Shown here piece by piece: positions 12,501-24,489 of a stretch of DNA of 64,000 nucleotides; within the stretch, counting starts at the first letter, position 1; every line of letters starts with the position of its first letter. A model generated the notes under the pieces. It searched no databases. It saw only the letters and a program-made list of their open reading frames with translations, and had not been told where the DNA came from. A program made the position numbers and the translations under genes. Origin of the DNA: Strigamia acuminata (taxonomy: Eukaryota); contig OX442314.1 of NCBI GenBank assembly GCA_949358305.1, forward strand, positions 23,002,001-23,066,000. The letters run 5' to 3'.

Positions 12501-13801
12501 ACTTTTAATTTTGTTCAATTTTCCATGCGATTTTATTGTTTGTATCACGTTGCCTGCGATGCTTAAAAATCCATTGCTTTTATGGACTTTGTTTAGCATT
12601 GTGCACATATTAAAAGCAATAAAAAAATTGTATTTTACAATTTTCTTTAAAGCTTAAAGACCGAGGCAATTTTCAATGAAATGAAGTAGAAAGCAAAACG
12701 AGGAAATGTGATTTTGAATTCCCAAAATGTTGAATGTTGAATGTGCAAAAATGGCTTCGTCTATTGTCTGCCAATTGGTTTGCTGCTGCAAATTCGAGTC
12801 AGCAGATTGTATTAGTATTAGAAAATGAAATTAACTTTTTGATGTCTCTGATGATGATTTACTAGTTGGATCTAAGAGAGTTAATGGCTGTGCGTTCATT
12901 CCATCATGCTATTATGTCGGAAGAGAAGGCCGTTATGTTTTATAAGGGAAAAATGGGTCAACCAATAACATGAGCTGTTTCCAATCACAAAAGAGAATTT
13001 GGAGCTGGCAAACCCTTCAGGTTATGTGCATTGCAATGGCATAACGTAATGGATGGTATGCTCGGAATTTGTAATGAAGACCCACGAGAATGAAAAAGGG
13101 AAGGGGTATGCGATTCCTATAGATGTTAGAAAAGAGGACACAATGAATGCAACGCACGCGTTTTTGCTTGTTCATCGTTGGCATGATAATAAGGCGATAA
13201 TATTGTTTTTGAACGAGGAATTTATTGTTGTTTATTGGCGCATAAAAAAATTTGTGTAAATCACGCTGGTAAATGATAATCAAATTAGGTTTTAAGCACT
13301 GAGGATAAAACGACACTTTGTTTTATGTTTTTTCATTTAAGACACTGCGTACGTCGCGTACGAGTGAAGTTTGGAGTTTTAGACAGCGTGTTTTCTAAAA
13401 AAGTTTAGCAGGTGTTAAATTCCAGTAGGTAGGCCTCAGTGGGCAAGGGGGAAAATCTGGCAGCGCGTTAATTGGACAATAATTTAAGTAGTTGTGCAAT
13501 AAATGTAGTAATTGTTAGTAATTTGGCTAACTATATATTGGTATATATTTTTTTGACGTTGAAGTACGTCTTTCTTCGCACAAGGTGGGAGAAACATGTG
13601 CTGCAACAATCGGCAAAACGGAAGTGGATGGAACGGAAAAAGATGTGCCGCGGAAACGATCAGTTGCAACAGTCGCGCCGACTCTTGACGGAAACAACAA
13701 CAAACAATAACAGAAACGCAACAAGCGCACTACTACCACAACCTCATATAAATAAACAAAGCAAACATTTTTTCATCTAACTTCGGATGTAGTTCTATGT
13801 T

Positions 13802-14326
13802 GAGGCACAGTCACAATTGTTCCCTTTTAAATTTTGATGTAGAACTACGTCTTTTTTGGCGGAAATGTAAACTAGCGCCAGCAACGGAAATAGCGACTGG
13901 TGCCAAATCCAATTGTTTGCAAACCTTAATTTAACCACAAGCTCACATGCAAACAATGCCACGATGGGAAACATTTCCCATCAAGAGATGGCGCTTAAAT
14001 ATCCCCGGAAATCAACGATGTATCAACAACATAACCCAATGCGCACAAACACATTTCTTACTTCTCTCGCCACAGACCAATACTGATAGCAAACGACAAC
14101 AATTCCTAGCGCCACTCCTGCCGGCATAGTAACTACTTGTACTTATATTTTTTTGACCGAGAACTATATCTAACAAGCGGAAATGGAAACCAGCGTCAGC
14201 ATGTCAGCAACGGAAATGGAAACTAGCGCCATCTCTTGAAAGGAAGTATCAACTTCACAACAACAATAACAATAAAAACCGGCAACTCCCTCCTCATTTG
14301 TAGTTCTACTGTAATGACTGTGCCTC
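13802..14326. mobile_element. MITE-like element
   Basis: 12-bp TIRs GAGGCACAGTCA / TGACTGTGCCTC, subterminal inverted GTAGAACTAC / GTAGTTCTAC, and internal direct repeats CGGAAATG(G/T)AAAC(T/C)AGCG at about 13860, 14178 and 14211. No clear TSD. Confidence 0.5.
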
Positions 14327-17300
14327 CTTTTTTTTATTATAGTTTTGATTTTGAGTACACTTGATGAAATATTGTTGGCGACACTTAGATTGTGATAAAG
14401 AGATCTATTTGTCTTGACGTGAGTGTTGAGTACATCTAACTGTCATGACATAAGTTGATAATGGCCCTGGGCCGAAGTTATGGATCTGAACACGGGAATT
14501 ATTACAATTAGAGCAGCCCTTATCAATAAATAGCAACGAATTTTTTTCGTGAGAACTCATTGCAAATCAAGAGAATTTTGAGTTAAGGAAATCAACTTTG
14601 TTGGAATTTTTTTATTATAGAGTTCGACAGGTTGATTGTTATTCTTATTGTCGTTGTTGGTGATTTATACGGTAGTAGTAACGTGGTTGACATGTAACAA
14701 ATACACTAGTCATTGTAGTACAGCATAGTGTCTAGATTCTGGACTGATATATCCCAGTCTTCGGTTACACAGGATATAAGCTTAATTGCAAGTGATGTAT
14801 GAGTTGATAAATGTAATAGAAAAGTTGAAAAAATTAGGAAGTATGTACTAATGTAACAAACATCGATATGTCGTAGAATGCGATGATTTCAAGATGGTGG
14901 CCTCCATGAATTAGCTGAACAAAAAAGGTGCACCAATGGAAAGAAAGTGTTTTTGCTATATTTTCTTTATTAAACATTTATTAAAGTCACTAAAAATGTT
15001 TTCAGTATTACTCCAGATGTGTTGAATGAGTCTGGTATAAAGACGTAAAGTTTGAAAATGAATTTACAAAGTGTTTTACGGGTTAAAGGAGAACAGAGCA
15101 ACTATAACTAATGAATATTAAATTCAGATTGAAGATGCTCATCTTTGAGAGTGAACTTTCTCATAAATTTAAAATTGTTTTGCTTAAGATTAAAAAGTAA
15201 ATTTATTTACCTTAAGTGTTTTTTTTTATGTGAATTATTAAAAAGTTGTTGTTGAGAAAAAGTAGGCTTGAATTTGGTGCCTTGGAGGATTCATGTTGTT
15301 TACTTTTGAAATTTTTAAAAATATAACTTTACACAATTAATATAGAATTTTACGGTTGATATGCAAATTTATCGGAATTTTCAAAAGAATTTAAAATTAT
15401 TGTGAAAAAATTCTAAAAATTCCAGAGTTTGCAAACTGAATGAAGAATGAATGTTATGTTTGTAGATTTTTAAACTTTTTTTTTTTTTTTTTTTTTTTTA
15501 CAATTTATGAAAAGAATAATAATTGAATACGTTTTAGAAAAGCAATCTCCCAAGCAAACAAATTATCTTTTTATGTCGTGCATCTCGCACAAAATAAATT
15601 AAACTTTTTTGTAATTTTTAAAGTATGATAGTGCTGAGAGGGAAAAACTTGTTTTGATTAAGGATAAAGTATAAAATTTGCACGATCATAGCGATTGAAT
15701 TATTTTTTTATGAGTAATCTAATCAACATTGCTTTATGATCACTCCGGGTGAAAGTTTGTCAGAGACTAATGATAATTGTCACATTTTTTGTCATCACTG
15801 TTGTGTCCAATTTAGACATTGCACACCTAGTTGGCAAATAAATAATGACATCATTGAAAATCAATTGCGCGTTACTGCAGCTATTCATCACCGATTCATA
15901 AAAATCACAATCATTGAGTATACTGACAGAAATAAATTTTCTTTTTCTTTTTTTTTTAATTTTTGGAATTAAATTTTCTATTCTCATTAAAACTTTTTTT
16001 TTATCATCTACTTTTTTTTTTATTATTTCGTTTTGAAAATAGTTTTTTCGCGTGTTAATTTGTACCTCTACTCTCAATGATGTAATGATGAAGAACGGTT
16101 CGTGATGCAGCAAAATTAAATTGAACATTTTTTTGTTAAATCTTTTTTATTTTTTTTTATTTACGTAATATTTTATTTTGACAAAATAATGATGAGATGT
16201 CATCGTTGCGGAATATTTTTAGCGTTTTTTTAGGGGTTATTACAAATTTGATGGAATAAAATTGCGAGAAATTGTTCTTTTATTGATTGGTCAGCATAAT
16301 GTGGAATAAGAATTACAGGGGAAAGGCGGAACAAAAAAAATTTAAACTAGTTGAAAAAAAAAAAAACATTTTATAGTATAATTGATGTTTTCGTAATTTG
16401 ACATTTCTAAGTAATGACCATCACTTTATTGTAGCTGCGATTTGTCACTTTTATTACTTTAGACACAAGACAAATGGCCGATTATAATTGACACACCGGG
16501 GACAGCAATCATTATAAAGATCCTTAATGCTTTTGTAGTGTAATGAATATTAATAGGTCGTATAATCTTAAACTACTCGATTACAACACTATTATTCAAT
16601 CGAATTTCTGCACATTAGCTCGTAAAAGTCAAGAATTAAATATTGGTTAGCTTATGTTGTTTTTTTCACGTCGGTCCAGGGTGTTATATGTGAGATATAC
16701 GACGGTAGAGGTGGGAATTTGTTAGAAATAACATACATTGGAGTTAAACTTTGTTTTGTCAATATAAATAGTCAATAGAAGCGGCCTCAGTGGTGTAATG
16801 TTGCTTTCATTTTCCGTTTTTAATAAATTGCGGTTGCGGCGAATAGCGACTTGAATAAAGCAATTACTTCGCAGGTACTTAAAACTATAAAAACTGGGCA
16901 CGTTGTTGTATGTAAATTGAGTCGGGGAAAAAAGGAAAATTTTATAATTGTTTTATGCAAGGCGCGTTTGAAGTGCGTTAGAATGAAAAAAAAAAAGTAA
17001 AATGATTTAGTTTATTGAGTTTGGAAAACACACAAACTCGTTTTCAAATTTAAACCGCATTTTATTTTCATCTAATCGTTGCATTTTAGTTCTTTGTTTT
17101 TTTTTTATATAATAAAAAAATAACATTAAGACAAGATCATCCGATTATCTGTTGTAAGTTTTTTGCGTTTTACTTGGCTTTGAACTGCTGCATTTCAGCA
17201 TTTGCATAGAAAAACTTTAAATAATGTAAAAGCTATTTGTGGCATTGCGGAAAGCCAAGGGGTAATAAACTCAACAATTAAATAACTAATAATGGTAGCG

Positions 17301-18097
17301 TATTTTAAAAAATAGAATTGTAGGAATCGTTGATGAATAATATCTATTTTAATTATTATGCAGTCAGGAAAATTATGAAATTTGTATTCAACAAAAATGT
17401 ATTACTTTTGCTTTTAATTTTTGTCACTAGTAGTTGATTGGCGCCACACTGCAAGCTTCAACTCGGATTCGATTTTATTTTTTTTTTAACTAGAGGAGAC
17501 TACGGTAGCCTCAACAGGCTGCAATCAGCCGGATTGCGAAATTTGCAGTACTCAGAATGACACATGAAGATGAAATGATTCGCGTAGAGAAAGATTTAGG
17601 TCTCTGGAATATACAATCTATTTGGGATCGAGTCAGATTTGGAGGATTCTGAAAATCAAAACACTGCACAACATTGATGACGTCATAGTCACAGTTACCG
17701 TAGTTCAGTGCGCGCGATAACCGTATCGATTCAAATATCATTATCGGTCCAACAACAGCAAAGCCGAGGAAGCAAGTCAAGTAAGCCGCCCCTGGAAAGC
17801 ACGGAGATCACGTTATCTCTTTATTACCAAAAGGCAGTTAAAAATACCCCTATGCAAATACCTTTGCGGTCTAGGGGGAGGCCGAGAACCTGTAAATCCG
17901 CTCGTGTTTGTTGATGACTGATGATTTAATCAAGGATTTATTACCAAATTAAGCAATTTGTGTAAGGTGGAGTATCCACACTCAAAAAACGTAAAGCAGT
18001 TGCTGTGGTTTATTGGAATGGTATGATTCTATGCGCCATTACTAAAGGACCTAAATATAATGTCTAAAGCCGTTCTTGCGCTACTATAAAAGAACAA

Positions 18098-18313
18098 GCC
18101 ACAATTTGACCAGAATTTGGCCACAATTTAGCCAGAATTTTACCACGTTTTTGCCAGAATTTTGCCACATTTTGCCCACAAGTTTGCCACAATTTGGCCA
18201 CAAGTTGGCCATAATTTGGTCAGAATTTATCCACAATTTTGCCACAATTTTGCCACAATTTTGCCTCAATGTTGCCACAATTTGATCAAAATTTGGCCAG
18301 AATTTGGCCACAT
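18098..18313. repeat. 11-bp minisatellite (GCCACAATTTT-like)
   Basis: About 19-20 degenerate copies of GCCA(C/G)AATTT(T/G). Confidence 0.9.
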
Positions 18314-18361
18314 TTCGGCGCACGTCTATACGACGTTACGCTTCGGCGTGTTCTGTGGCAA

Positions 18362-18589
18362 TGGCGGCGAAATGCCACAACAATGACATGGCGACGAATT
18401 GATATGGCGACGAAACTATAGGGCGACGAAATGATATGGCGACGAAATGATATGGCAACGAAATTATATGGCGACGAAATGAAATGTTGATGAAATGACG
18501 ACGACGAAATGAAAAAATTTTTTCAAAAAAAAATTTCAAAAAAAAAAGTGCGAGGGCGACGAAATGAATGGCGACGAAATGAAGTGACC
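18362..18589. repeat. About 16-bp minisatellite (GGCGACGAAATGATAT-like)
   Basis: About 10 GGCGACGAAAT cores, interrupted by an A/T-rich spacer near 18512-18548. Confidence 0.88.
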
Positions 18590-19879
18590 TCCTTGAAGGT
18601 GGTCAGACGCGTGTCAAGAGGTTTTTACGACTCTGAAGGAACACTTGAGTCTTCAACATAGCATGTTTTGCTTTTTTAAAAAAAATAAAAAAAATTATGA
18701 TAACTTTAACTGGAATTTTGGAACATAGATGGCGACACTATTGCGGGAAGTTCAACAGAAACAAATCGCAAACTCCTAATCTCGAAATTTTCATATTTTA
18801 ATATGTATAGAGAAGATTGACTCCTTAATCTCCTAATGTTCGGCAAGAATAAAGTATCATTTCCTTCCTATTTTTATAATGTAAACAAAAATCGAAAAAA
18901 AAAGCAGAGGAGTGGGGGTGTGGGGACCCCTTTCAGCAGGAAATTGAAGCAATCAGTCATAAAGTTCAAAGCAGGTTACTTGTTGAAAAGAAATAAAGCA
19001 ATTTTATTTTTATACTTGAGGTAAGAGGTAAGAGGAATGAAGTTATTCGTCTAAACCTTTTTGTTATGGGGTCTTGGGAGATCCCAGTAGCAATTACCAC
19101 TCCCCCATTTGGGCAACTGTATACTTTTTAGATTGAATACTTTTTTTCCCTTTCTTCTTTCCATTTCACGTGGGTTTTTTTTTCTACTTCTTATTTGAGG
19201 AAGAAAACTCTGGAGACCTATTGCGCGAGTTTGATTTTAACTGAGATGAAAAGAAGCAGATGCTTCCAAAAACGAGGCTAGTTGTTGCGGAGTTTTGGGA
19301 GGGGAAATCTTTGAAAAAGTTACAAAAGTAATAAAAGTTTTATGTCGCAATTTGAGTGTATGAACAGGTTAACCAAGTTTACTTAGACGCGGTCATAAAA
19401 AATTGATTTTATGTATACATTTTATAGATTAAAGGGCGGAGAGCATTCTGAAAAATTGAAATCTCTTGCGTCACATGTTTTTGCTAAACTATATTACCGT
19501 TTATATGTGATTTATTTACATCGCACGATGTTTTAAAGTCATAATTTGCTCCGTATGAATGATATATAAGTTTAATTTTAATTAGAAACAAAAAAAACCT
19601 TTTAGATGTCTGCTTCAGCTAAATAAACGAGAGGTTAAATTGAATGCTTTCGTGCAGTGCACTTCGAATAAATTATTTCTTATTTATATTAAATGTAATA
19701 TAGGTTGTTTACTCGCTTGAGTTTGTTGTTGCACAAAAGGTTTTGAAGAGGCAAATTGATGAAACCCAAAGAAATATATTCGCAAATGACTTTTTACCTA
19801 GCAACATTTAAGTTGCAGGGTTGGTTGCTGGGCAACCATATTAATTCGGGCTCGCGAGAGGGGCTTTTCAGGTTACATT

Positions 19880-20040
19880 TGTGAGTGTACGTGTGTGTGC
19901 AGAAAATGTAGGAAGAAGAAAGCTTTTTCAACAAGAAACTGATGAGATGTATATTCAATACAAGTAACACAATAATACAGAACATGCGCGCAGTGCGCGT
20001 TACCAAGCAACTTAAACTATGATAACATATATATCTCACA
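19880..20040 (-). repeat. 3' LTR of the Copia element
   Basis: 161 bp, identical by eye to 24329-24489 and preceded on the minus strand by the PPT. Confidence 0.97.
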
Positions 20041-20042
20041 AA

Positions 20043-20050
20043 TCCCCCTC
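20043..20050 (-). other. Polypurine tract of the Copia element
   Basis: Minus strand GAGGGGGA followed by TT and then the 3' LTR. Confidence 0.85.
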
Positions 20051-20144
20051 ATAGGTTATCATTTGTTTAAACTTAAAAAGAAAACTAACTCTAACAACAA
20101 ACATGAATGAAAGAGAAAAACGAATAAAATATTAACAACAAAAA

Positions 20145-23100
20145 TTATTGTTCTTCTTCTTTCATCTTGGCATCATCTTGAAGACCCACACGATCACGGC
20201 CTTCTTCAAACTTGTCCTTTGCCAGCGGTTTAGTCAAGAAATCCGCAACCATTTCTGCTGAAGGAAGGTGGACCAGCTTGATATTTCCCAATTTTAGATC
20301 GTCCTTAATAAACATCATATGTCGATTCATATGCTTGGTCCGCCCAAACTGGTTTGAACCACAAAGAACTTGAATGCCGGGTGTGCAGTCAGTGTAGATT
20401 GGTACGCATCTTGGCACGCAATCCCCCTCACCGACCTCGCTTAGGAAATCTCTTGCCCATTTGATTATTTTGAGCAGTTCACAAATCGCAAGTATCTCGC
20501 TCTCGGTGGTGGACATCGCCACCAAACGTTGTCTTTTCGTTTTCCATCCGATAGTTGCGTCGCCGATCTTTAAAATCAAGCCCGTGTGTGACTTAGCATC
20601 TTGGGTTACACACCAACTTGCGTCCGCGAATCCTTGTAAGCTTCCTTCTTTGCTTGAGAAGAACAAACGCAAATCTTTTGTACCGTTGACATAACGCAAA
20701 ACGCGTTTCGCTGCTCGAAAGTGCAGTTGGCGAGGATCTTTGGAGAAAGCTGAGAGAGCGCTCACAGCATATGACAAATCCGGACGAGAAACAATCATCA
20801 GGTGCATCAAAGAACCGATGATCTGCTGGTATAAATTCTGATCAACCTTCTTTGATTTGTCGAAGTCCTCCAAATCCTGTCCTGTTGCCATCGGCGTTTT
20901 CGCAGTGATCCCATTGAGTAAGTCAAATTTTGTCAAAATGTCGTTTACATATTTTTGTTGTCCCACGTATACTCCGTCCTTAGTGACCGAAATTTCCATT
21001 CCGAGAAGGAAGTGAACTTCCCCCATGTCGACTATTTCGAAAACCTTCTTTAGTCGTTTTAGTATCCGATCAAGAATTCTTTGTCTCGTGAAAGCAGCCA
21101 AAATATCGTCCACGTACACGCCCAAAATTATGTAGTCATTTTTATGTCTATAAATATAGACACACCGGTCGTTTATGAGCGGTTTCAAGCCAATCTTGAT
21201 CAGTTCCTGGTCAAGTCGCTCGTTCCAGCATCGCCCCGACTGGCGCAACCCGTACAGGCTGCGTTCCAGTCGGCAAACGAGATCGTCTTGCTCGTAACCT
21301 TCCGGTTGTTCCATAAAGATGACTTCGTCCAACAATCCGTAAAGGTACGCGGTCTTAATGTCGAACTGTCGCGTCAACAGTCCGTGTCTGGCTATCATCG
21401 AAAGTATGATCCGGAGCGACTCCATCCTCACTACGGGCGAAAAAGTCTCCGTGAAATCCACACCAGGTCGTTGGGAATACCCCACCGCCACCAGGCGTGC
21501 CTTATACTTATTGACGCTTCTGTCGGCATTAAGTTTAATGCGGAAAATCCATTTGCTTTTCACCGTCACTGTCTGTCTTTCCCTCTTTACAAGTGTCCAT
21601 ACTTTATTGATGTGTAGAGAATTAATCTCGCTGTCCATCGCTTCTTGCCATTTCTTTCTGTCATTGCAGTTTACCGCCTCTACGTAAGTTTCAGGAGTGA
21701 ACAGCTCTTCCACACACTCTATTGCAGCATTGACCGCCTCTTGTTGCGCTGCTATGCGCTCCGAGCGTCGCACTCCCTCTTGTTGCAATCGCTCTTCGCG
21801 CTGCGCAAGCTGTTCCGCCAGTCTCTGCTCAAGCGCCGCTTTCGTCGCGCCCCTGGGTCGCCCCACCTGCACCGGCTGAAGTGGCTGCGGTGCGGCGTCG
21901 TCAACAGCGATAACCGGGTGTTCGACCTCGTCTTGAGCGTCCTGCAACTCGTTCACCGGTTCAACAGGAAAAATGGCGTCTTCCTCTTCTTGGCAAAAAC
22001 GTTGCTTTGCCCCCTCATCGTTTAAACCAAAAACGTCTGCACCTCGCACCTCCTCATTGAATCCTACCGTCCTGCCCTCTTCTACTTTACCGTCTTTCGG
22101 AACGTAAATTCGATAGGCTTTCCTGTCGACTGAATAACCGACAAATATGCCGTGTTTGGCTTTCGGATCCAATTTCCGTCGCTTTTCCTCCGGTATGTGC
22201 AAAAAGGCTTCGCAACCAAAAATCCGCAAGAATGCAACTGTCGTCTTGTGTTTCGACCATAACTCCTCGGGTGTAAAATCCCCATTCGGCTTGGTAAACG
22301 ATCTATTTTTGACATAGACCGATGTGGCGATCGCTTCGGCCCAAAACTTCAAAGGAAGGCCCGATTTGATTAGCAGTGTCCGAGCCGCCTCTACCAGCGT
22401 ACGATTCGCTCTCTCAGAAATTCCATTACTAGAAGGATTAAAGGGAACCGTAAGCTCGTGCAGAATGCCCTCAGATTCGAAAAAACGCTTGAAATTTGCA
22501 TTGACAAATTCCCCACCGTTGTCACTTCTAAACCTTTTGAGTTTGTAGCCAGTTTGCTTCTCTGCCATGTTCTTGAATATTTCAAAATGTTCAAAGCATT
22601 GAGATTTCTCCCGCAAGAAAAACGCGAATTTTTTGCGTGTAAAATCATCAGTTAGAATCAAAGCATACTTGCTGCCTCCCAGCGATGCAGTCTGAAACGG
22701 TCCAACCATATCCCCATGAATAAGTTGCAAAACTTCAGATGACTGCTTCCCCTTGACTCTTTTGTACGGGCTTCTCGTCATTTTTCCCAACGTGCATGCA
22801 GTGCATTTTTCCAAATGCACGTCCGCATATTCCAGCCCGTGCACAATCTGTTTGTCTCGCATTTTATCTATTGCACGCTCATTTAAATGACACAGTCGCT
22901 CATGCCACAATTCCTTGCTGGCTGGGCGAGGTTGCACAGAAACTGCGTTGGCTTCCTCTCCAACCCATTGGTGCAGTAAATACATGCTGCCATTTAATGT
23001 TCCTGTTGCAATCGTCATTCCTCTTGGGTCCTTAATTTCCGCGACTTTATTGTTGAATGAAATCGCATAATTATTAGCGGTAAGACGTGGAATTGACAAC

Positions 23101-24209
23101 AGATTGCCTTTCAACTCTGGCACAAATAAGACGTCGAGGAGCAAAATCTTCATGAATTCCGTTTCTGAAAGCTTGCATCTCAAAATGATATTCCCTTTCC
23201 CCGTAGCCAACAATTTTGCGCCCTTTTTGGCTGTGGTGACCACTGCTTCGATTTCCTTGAAAGTCCCAAACAATTCCCGTTTTCCAGACATATGCGCCGA
23301 CGCGCCGGAATCGAGAATCCACTCGTCTTGACAATCGTCGCCGCCCAAATCGACGACAAAAGCATGCTGGATAACCGCTTCCTGTTGTGCTATTTTTGCC
23401 GTGGCTGCCTCTCTTGGTCGTTGTGACGCTGGACTCGGCCTCTTTTCGGGGTAGCGCTGCCAACAATTCTTGGCAATGTGGCCACTTTTACCACATTCAT
23501 AACAGGCTGATTTTGAAACGTTTTTCAACTTCTTGCCGCCCGAATTACGTCCCACCTGCGCCTTGAACGCAACCGTCACGTTGTCCACGGTCTGTCCCTT
23601 TGAGTGGAATGTCGCCCACTGATCTTCCATTTTCAGTGACCGTCGCAAATCTTCAAATTTCGCGTCTGCCGCGTCACGATAATTTCGTGCAATATTGCCA
23701 TATTTTGGCAAAAGTCCTCGTGTCGTGTAATGAAGAATCTCGCGGTCCGAAACAACCTTTCCTACCGCTTTGGCTTTTGCCTGAATCGACTTGGCCCTGT
23801 TCAAGTAACCATCCGTCGACTCGTCGTGTCTCATGCGCAGCTCCGCAAGTTCCGAACCAGCGTCAATTTGTCGCTCTTCCGTGGTACCTGCGTACTGCGC
23901 TTTCAACGCCTCCCAAAGCGCCTTGGCCTCGGTAAAAGCCATACAGTTTGTGGCTTCTTCGTCCGACATCGTTAAAACTATAATCCCTAAAGCCTCGTCA
24001 TTATTTTTGGCCCACGCTTCGTGCTTCTTCAGCGCGTCTGCATACGTTGCATCCGTCGCGTCGGGCACTATCGGCTCCGGTTTCGTGATGACGCCTTTCA
24101 AACCTTTTGCAGCTAGAAGTGTCCCCACTTTGAATTGCCAAGTAAAATAGTTTTGAGGTTTTAGAAGTTCAATTCGATTCAAAGATGTACTTGCAATCGC
24201 ATCCGCCAT
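20145..24209 (-). CDS. Copia gag-pol polyprotein, 1354 aa
   Basis: Motifs in order: Gag N-terminus LKPQNYFTW; zinc knuckle CYECGKSGHIAKNC; protease WILDSGASAHM; integrase HHCC (WHERLCH...CTAC) and DDE (IHGD, RSDNGGEF, NGISERANRTL); RT KARLVAVG and YVDD; RNase H FADASW, STTESE and ADFLTK. Confidence 0.97.
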   Translation of the reverse strand: MADAIASTSLNRIELLKPQNYFTWQFKVGTLLAAKGLKGVITKPEPIVPDATDATYADALKKHEAWAKNNDEALGIIVLTMSDEEATNCMAFTEAKALWEALKAQYAGTTEERQIDAGSELAELRMRHDESTDGYLNRAKSIQAKAKAVGKVVSDREILHYTTRGLLPKYGNIARNYRDAADAKFEDLRRSLKMEDQWATFHSKGQTVDNVTVAFKAQVGRNSGGKKLKNVSKSACYECGKSGHIAKNCWQRYPEKRPSPASQRPREAATAKIAQQEAVIQHAFVVDLGGDDCQDEWILDSGASAHMSGKRELFGTFKEIEAVVTTAKKGAKLLATGKGNIILRCKLSETEFMKILLLDVLFVPELKGNLLSIPRLTANNYAISFNNKVAEIKDPRGMTIATGTLNGSMYLLHQWVGEEANAVSVQPRPASKELWHERLCHLNERAIDKMRDKQIVHGLEYADVHLEKCTACTLGKMTRSPYKRVKGKQSSEVLQLIHGDMVGPFQTASLGGSKYALILTDDFTRKKFAFFLREKSQCFEHFEIFKNMAEKQTGYKLKRFRSDNGGEFVNANFKRFFESEGILHELTVPFNPSSNGISERANRTLVEAARTLLIKSGLPLKFWAEAIATSVYVKNRSFTKPNGDFTPEELWSKHKTTVAFLRIFGCEAFLHIPEEKRRKLDPKAKHGIFVGYSVDRKAYRIYVPKDGKVEEGRTVGFNEEVRGADVFGLNDEGAKQRFCQEEEDAIFPVEPVNELQDAQDEVEHPVIAVDDAAPQPLQPVQVGRPRGATKAALEQRLAEQLAQREERLQQEGVRRSERIAAQQEAVNAAIECVEELFTPETYVEAVNCNDRKKWQEAMDSEINSLHINKVWTLVKRERQTVTVKSKWIFRIKLNADRSVNKYKARLVAVGYSQRPGVDFTETFSPVVRMESLRIILSMIARHGLLTRQFDIKTAYLYGLLDEVIFMEQPEGYEQDDLVCRLERSLYGLRQSGRCWNERLDQELIKIGLKPLINDRCVYIYRHKNDYIILGVYVDDILAAFTRQRILDRILKRLKKVFEIVDMGEVHFLLGMEISVTKDGVYVGQQKYVNDILTKFDLLNGITAKTPMATGQDLEDFDKSKKVDQNLYQQIIGSLMHLMIVSRPDLSYAVSALSAFSKDPRQLHFRAAKRVLRYVNGTKDLRLFFSSKEGSLQGFADASWCVTQDAKSHTGLILKIGDATIGWKTKRQRLVAMSTTESEILAICELLKIIKWARDFLSEVGEGDCVPRCVPIYTDCTPGIQVLCGSNQFGRTKHMNRHMMFIKDDLKLGNIKLVHLPSAEMVADFLTKPLAKDKFEEGRDRVGLQDDAKMKEEEQ

Positions 24210-24306
24210 CTTCCTTGTTCGATCGTTACGCCTTGTTTTTCAATTCTTCTTTCACCGCAAATTCTCCACAAATCGTCGCCAAAATGGAACGTTTCTATCT
24301 TGCAAA

Positions 24307-24326
24307 GAAACCATCCTCTGCTACCA
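24307..24326 (-). other. Primer binding site complementary to the 3' end of initiator tRNA-Met
   Basis: The minus strand reads TGGTAGCAGAGGATGGTTTC, starting 2 nt after the 5' LTR. The plus strand GAAACCATCCTCTGCTACCA equals a tRNA-iMet 3' end including CCA. Confidence 0.93.
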
Positions 24327-24328
24327 CT

Positions 24329-24489
24329 TGTGAGTGTACGTGTGTGTGCAGAAAATGTAGGAAGAAGAAAGCTTTTTCAACAAGAAACTGATGAGATGTA
24401 TATTCAATACAAGTAACACAATAATACAGAACATGCGCGCAGTGCGCGTTACCAAGCAACTTAAACTATGATAACATATATATCTCACA
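24329..24489 (-). repeat. 5' LTR of the Copia element
   Basis: 161 bp with TG...CA ends, identical by eye to 19880-20040 and adjacent to the PBS. Confidence 0.97.

Larger units (their letters stand above)
19880..24489 (-). mobile_element. Full-length Ty1/Copia LTR retrotransposon (4610 bp)
   Basis: Two 161-bp LTRs with TGTGAG...CTCACA ends; 5-bp TSD ACATT at 19875-19879 and 24490-24494; PBS, PPT and an uninterrupted gag-pol with Copia domain order PR-IN-RT-RH. Confidence 0.98.

Noticed and set aside
16782..16802. tRNA-like 5' end GGCCTCAGTGGTGTAATG
   Set aside because: No B box or cloverleaf follows.
17560..17655. Peptide IRVEKDLGLW resembling a CR1/L2 RT motif
   Set aside because: Only a five-residue match; the flanks show no RT similarity.
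18076..18539. ORFs across the minisatellites, and a CRISPR-like appearance
   Set aside because: Tandem units without unique spacers, eukaryotic context and no cas genes; the ORFs are repeat artefacts.
20461..24391. Many plus-strand and alternative-frame ORFs within the Copia element
   Set aside because: Shadow ORFs of the gag-pol coding strand.
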